A DNA stretch of 64,000 bases from Gemmatimonadota bacterium (GTDB lineage Bacteria; Gemmatimonadota; Gemmatimonadetes; Longimicrobiales; Gaopeijiaceae). The position numbers were made by a program, and so were the translations under genes. Positions 60,727 to 64,000 of this stretch are shown piece after piece. The DNA lies in the NCBI GenBank assembly GCA_039589315.1, contig JBDHHQ010000027.1, forward strand, positions 1 through 64,000, given 5' to 3'. A model generated the notes under the pieces. It saw nothing but the letters and a program-made list of their open reading frames with translations, was not told the DNA's origin and did not search any database. Each line of letters starts with the position of its first letter. The first letter of the stretch is position 1.

Positions 60727-61680
60727 ATGGCCACAAGGGATGGCCCCGCACCTGCACCCGTGGTGCCTCAGCAGGCCAATAACCCGCAGGAAGAGGCTCT
60801 TCGATCTGATCGGAGGGCCTTTCTCACGAAGGCGCTCGCCGCCGCCGGCGGATCGGTGGCGCTCACGGCGGGGCTCACGTCCGCGACCGGCGCCATTCCT
60901 CGCTCGCAGGCTGCCACCGTGCTGGAGCGCGTAGGCGCCCGTCCGGACGGCAACATTCTGGAACGCATGCTGGACGACCTGGACCGGGCCCTGGCGAAGC
61001 CCATCCACGAGCGCCAGTGGGTCATGGTCATCGACCTCCAGAAGTGCATCGGGTGCAAAGCGTGCACGGTTTCTTGCGTCGCCGAGAACAACCTGCCGCC
61101 AGGCGTGGTTTACCGACCGGTCCTGGAGGAAGAGATCGGGGAGTTCCCCAACGTGCGGATGCGCTTCACTCCACGGCCCTGCATGCAGTGCGAAACCCCG
61201 CCCTGCGTCCCGGTTTGCCCCGTGTCGGCAACGTACATCCGTCCAGACGGCATCGTGGCCATCGACTACGACGCCTGCATCGGCTGCCGGTATTGTGTGG
61301 CCGCCTGCCCCTACAACGCCCGCACCGCCGACTTCGGGGAGTTCTACGGCGACGGCCTCGCCGAGGAGGTTCCGGCACTGGCCGGCGCCATCGCGATGGC
61401 GTATGAAACGCGGCCCAACTTCGAGTACGGTCGCGAGTGGGCGCGCGAGCCGGGCCGTCACCGTTCTCCGATGGGCAACGCCCGAAAGTGCCAGTTCTGT
61501 GCCCACCGACTGGACAACGGGCTGCTCCCGGCGTGCGTCACCACTTGCCTCGGGGGCGCCACCTACTTCGGTGATTATTCCGACAGCAGGAGCCTGGTGC
61601 ATGAGCTCGTGGGCTCCTCCCGGATGATCCGCCTCCGGGAAGAGCTCGGCACCGAGCCCCGTGTCTTCTACCTCGTGTAG
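60727..61680 (+). CDS. Four-cluster Fe-S subunit (TtrB/NrfC/DmsB family)
   Basis: Tat-like [55 protein letters not shown]. Confidence 0.92.
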   Translation: MATRDGPAPAPVVPQQANNPQEEALRSDRRAFLTKALAAAGGSVALTAGLTSATGAIPRSQAATVLERVGARPDGNILERMLDDLDRALAKPIHERQWVMVIDLQKCIGCKACTVSCVAENNLPPGVVYRPVLEEEIGEFPNVRMRFTPRPCMQCETPPCVPVCPVSATYIRPDGIVAIDYDACIGCRYCVAACPYNARTADFGEFYGDGLAEEVPALAGAIAMAYETRPNFEYGREWAREPGRHRSPMGNARKCQFCAHRLDNGLLPACVTTCLGGATYFGDYSDSRSLVHELVGSSRMIRLREELGTEPRVFYLV

Positions 61681-61691
61681 CGGAGGAAACC

Positions 61692-62936
61692 GTGAACGCC
61701 AAGCGAGTTCATCCCGTGGTCATCGGGGCGATCGTCCTACTGTTCATGTGGGGGCTCTGGGGCGTGGTACTCCGATTCACCCAGGGCCACGATTTGGCGA
61801 ACTACGGCAGCTACGTCCCCTGGGGGCTGTGGGTCTCCGGATACATCTACTTCGTGGGCTTGTCGGCGGGGGCCTTCCTCCTGTCGTCCCTGGTCTACCT
61901 GTTCAGGATCGAGAAGCTCAGGCCCATCGCACGGACGGCGCTGCTGGTATCGCTGATTACGCTGGTCGTTTCGCTCGTGTGCATCTGGTTCGACCTGGGC
62001 CAGATGTGGCGCTCGTGGGAGATCCTCATCCGGCCGAACTTCACGTCTCTGATGGCGTGGATGGTCTGGCTGTACATCGGGTACGCTCTCGTGCTCCTCG
62101 TGGAGCTCTGGCTGGAGTTGCGTACCGACCTCGCGATGCTCGCCAGGGAAGGCGGCAAGCGCGCACGGCTCTACAGGGTCCTCAGTCTCGGACGGCAGGT
62201 ACCCGACGACCCGCAGGCCGTGGAACGGGACCGGGAAGTCAGCGAGCGCTGGCTCCGTATCCTGTCCGGGTTCGGCATCCCCGTGGCGCTGATGTTCCAC
62301 GGCGGCGTCGGCGCGCTCTTCGCAGGTCTGATGGCCCGCCCGTACTGGCACACATCCCTCTACCCGATCTTCTTCCTCACGGGGGCCCTCGTCTCCGGTG
62401 GCGCGTTGCTGTTGGCGGTGGTGGCGTTTACCGGGCTCGGTGACGGCGAACGGGGGAAGGCGATGATGTCCCTGCTGGCCAAGGCCACGCTGGGTCTCCT
62501 GCTCTTCGACCTTCTCCTGGAGTGGGCGGAGATCTCCATTCCGGCCTGGTACCGGGTGGGCGAAGGATACGAAATCCTCAAGGTCGTGCTCTTCGGAGAT
62601 TACTGGTACGTGTTCTGGATCTTCCATCTGCTGCTGGGGGCGCTCATCCCCATCGCCCTCCTGACCGCAAAGCCGGCGTCCAGATGGATGGCCGGGACCG
62701 CCGGCGCATTGATCGCCGCCACGTTCATGGCGGTCCGGCTGAACGTGGTGATTCCCGGGCAGATCATGCCTTCGCTCCAGGGCATCGAGGCGGCGTACGT
62801 GGATCCACGCCTCCTCTTCTCCTACGCGCCCTCGATGTTCGAGTGGTCCGTGATCGCGTTCGTCATCGCCCTCGCAGCAACGCTCTTCCTGGTGGCGCGC
62901 AGGGTGCTTCCGCTCGTCGAACAGCCAACGCGCTGA
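61692..62936 (+). CDS. NrfD/PsrC-family membrane anchor
   Basis: VPWGLWV..YIYF.GLSAG, DLG..R, TSLM, multiple TM segments. Confidence 0.92.
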   Translation: MNAKRVHPVVIGAIVLLFMWGLWGVVLRFTQGHDLANYGSYVPWGLWVSGYIYFVGLSAGAFLLSSLVYLFRIEKLRPIARTALLVSLITLVVSLVCIWFDLGQMWRSWEILIRPNFTSLMAWMVWLYIGYALVLLVELWLELRTDLAMLAREGGKRARLYRVLSLGRQVPDDPQAVERDREVSERWLRILSGFGIPVALMFHGGVGALFAGLMARPYWHTSLYPIFFLTGALVSGGALLLAVVAFTGLGDGERGKAMMSLLAKATLGLLLFDLLLEWAEISIPAWYRVGEGYEILKVVLFGDYWYVFWIFHLLLGALIPIALLTAKPASRWMAGTAGALIAATFMAVRLNVVIPGQIMPSLQGIEAAYVDPRLLFSYAPSMFEWSVIAFVIALAATLFLVARRVLPLVEQPTR

Positions 62937-62949
62937 ACCGGAGCCGACC

Positions 62950-64000
62950 ATGAAGACCAAGTCCGAAGGGTCAATAGAGACGCTCGCTGGAGGGAACGGC
63001 GACGGTCGGACGATCGACCGGAGGCGGTTCATCCAGACTTCCGCTTTGGTGGGGGGGTCCGGTGTGCTCGCGGGTTGCGGCTCCCTCGTGCGCCACGACG
63101 TCGAGCCGATCGGCGACTACGTCCTGGCGCAGCCAGAGAACGTGCTGTACTCGACTTGTCTCCAGTGCCACGTGGCGTGCCAGATCAAGGCGAAGATCTG
63201 GGACGGCACGCTGGCCAAGCTCACTGGCAACCCGTACAGCCCTCAAAACTACCTGCCGCACCTGGACTACGCGACGGACCTGGGAAGAGCGGCCCGAACC
63301 GACGGGAAGCTCTGCGCCAAGGGGCAGTCCGGGGTCCAAACCTACAGCGACCCATACCGCATCCGACGGGTGCTCAAACGGGCGGGCCCCAGGGGCTCCG
63401 GTCAGTGGACTGCCATCGACTTCGATCAGTTCATCGACGAGGTCGTGGAGGGAGGACAGCTCTTCTCGTCCATAGGGGACACGCGGACCTACCCCGGCTT
63501 CGATGAGGTGTACGCTCTTCGGGACCGTGATCTGGCGAACCGCTTGGCGGCGGACGCGTCGGCCTTCTCGGCGGGCGACATGAACCTAGAGGAGTTCCGC
63601 TCGGCGCACCGCGAACACCTCGACCTCCTCATCGACCCCGAGCACCCGGACCTCGGGCCGAAGAACAACGGCTTCGTGTTCGACGCCGGCCGCATCGAGC
63701 ACGGTCGCAAGGAGCTCATGGCGTGGTTCACGAAGGACTCACTGGGGTCGGTGAACTACTTCGAGCACACGACGATCTGCGAGCAGTCCCACCACATCGC
63801 CTACAACGAGATGACGGGCGGCGACAACAACCACATGAAGCCCGATCTCATGAACGCCGAGTTCGTGATCTTCTGGGGCACCGGTGCCTTCACGGCGAAC
63901 TTCGGGCTCACTCCGATGGCCGAGAAGGTGACCAGCGGCAAGGTGGGTCGCGGCATGAAGACGGCCGTGGTCGACCCACGTCTCTCCAACGACGCGGCCA
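62950..64000 (+). CDS. Molybdopterin oxidoreductase catalytic subunit, TtrA/SrdA-like (partial, runs off the window)
   Basis: Translated by hand: IDRRRFIQ Tat signal, YSTCLQCHVAC, GNPYSP, KLCAKGQSG, DPYRI..LKRAGPRGSG.W, EVVEGGQLF, HTTIC. Confidence 0.88.
   Translation, partial: MKTKSEGSIETLAGGNGDGRTIDRRRFIQTSALVGGSGVLAGCGSLVRHDVEPIGDYVLAQPENVLYSTCLQCHVACQIKAKIWDGTLAKLTGNPYSPQNYLPHLDYATDLGRAARTDGKLCAKGQSGVQTYSDPYRIRRVLKRAGPRGSGQWTAIDFDQFIDEVVEGGQLFSSIGDTRTYPGFDEVYALRDRDLANRLAADASAFSAGDMNLEEFRSAHREHLDLLIDPEHPDLGPKNNGFVFDAGRIEHGRKELMAWFTKDSLGSVNYFEHTTICEQSHHIAYNEMTGGDNNHMKPDLMNAEFVIFWGTGAFTANFGLTPMAEKVTSGKVGRGMKTAVVDPRLSNDAA

Overview
High-GC bacterial accessory region. The mix of ADOP-type permease fragments, TolB-like/TPR membrane proteins and an ECF-sigma/Ser-Thr kinase pair suggests Gemmatimonadota, but this is inference only. 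Two things stand out. (1) Eight copies of the 3' half of tRNA-Ser(TGA) occur at about 6.1, 29.8, 37.3, 38.9, 40.2, 48.3, 53.3 and 59.6 kb, plus one degenerate tRNA-Leu(CAA) half at 3.1 kb. Seven of the eight carry the same upstream arm of short direct repeats. Three carry an 86-87 nt hairpin insertion in the T-loop, and a fourth breaks off inside it. The copies divide the window into 1-8 kb cargo blocks with only one degenerate tyrosine integrase, which looks like a tRNA-att cassette array. (2) A ~16 kb copper/heme module (9.2-25.4 kb) is bracketed by complex inverted repeats. It encodes a Cyc2-like cytochrome-porin, a lipoprotein with four type-1 copper domains, di- and mono-heme cytochromes, a second heme-porin fusion, two further cupredoxin-like proteins, a CDF transporter, DUF411/CopG and a sigma54 two-component system with a recognisable TGTGAC-N7-GTCACA motif. 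Also present: two sulfatase-family genes, HigBA, a CPA2 antiporter, a thiolase plus HAD/ECH pair, many gene fragments, and an ArsR gene with an operator ahead of a ttrBCA-like molybdoenzyme operon that runs off the right end. All calls come from reading motifs by eye; no searches were run.
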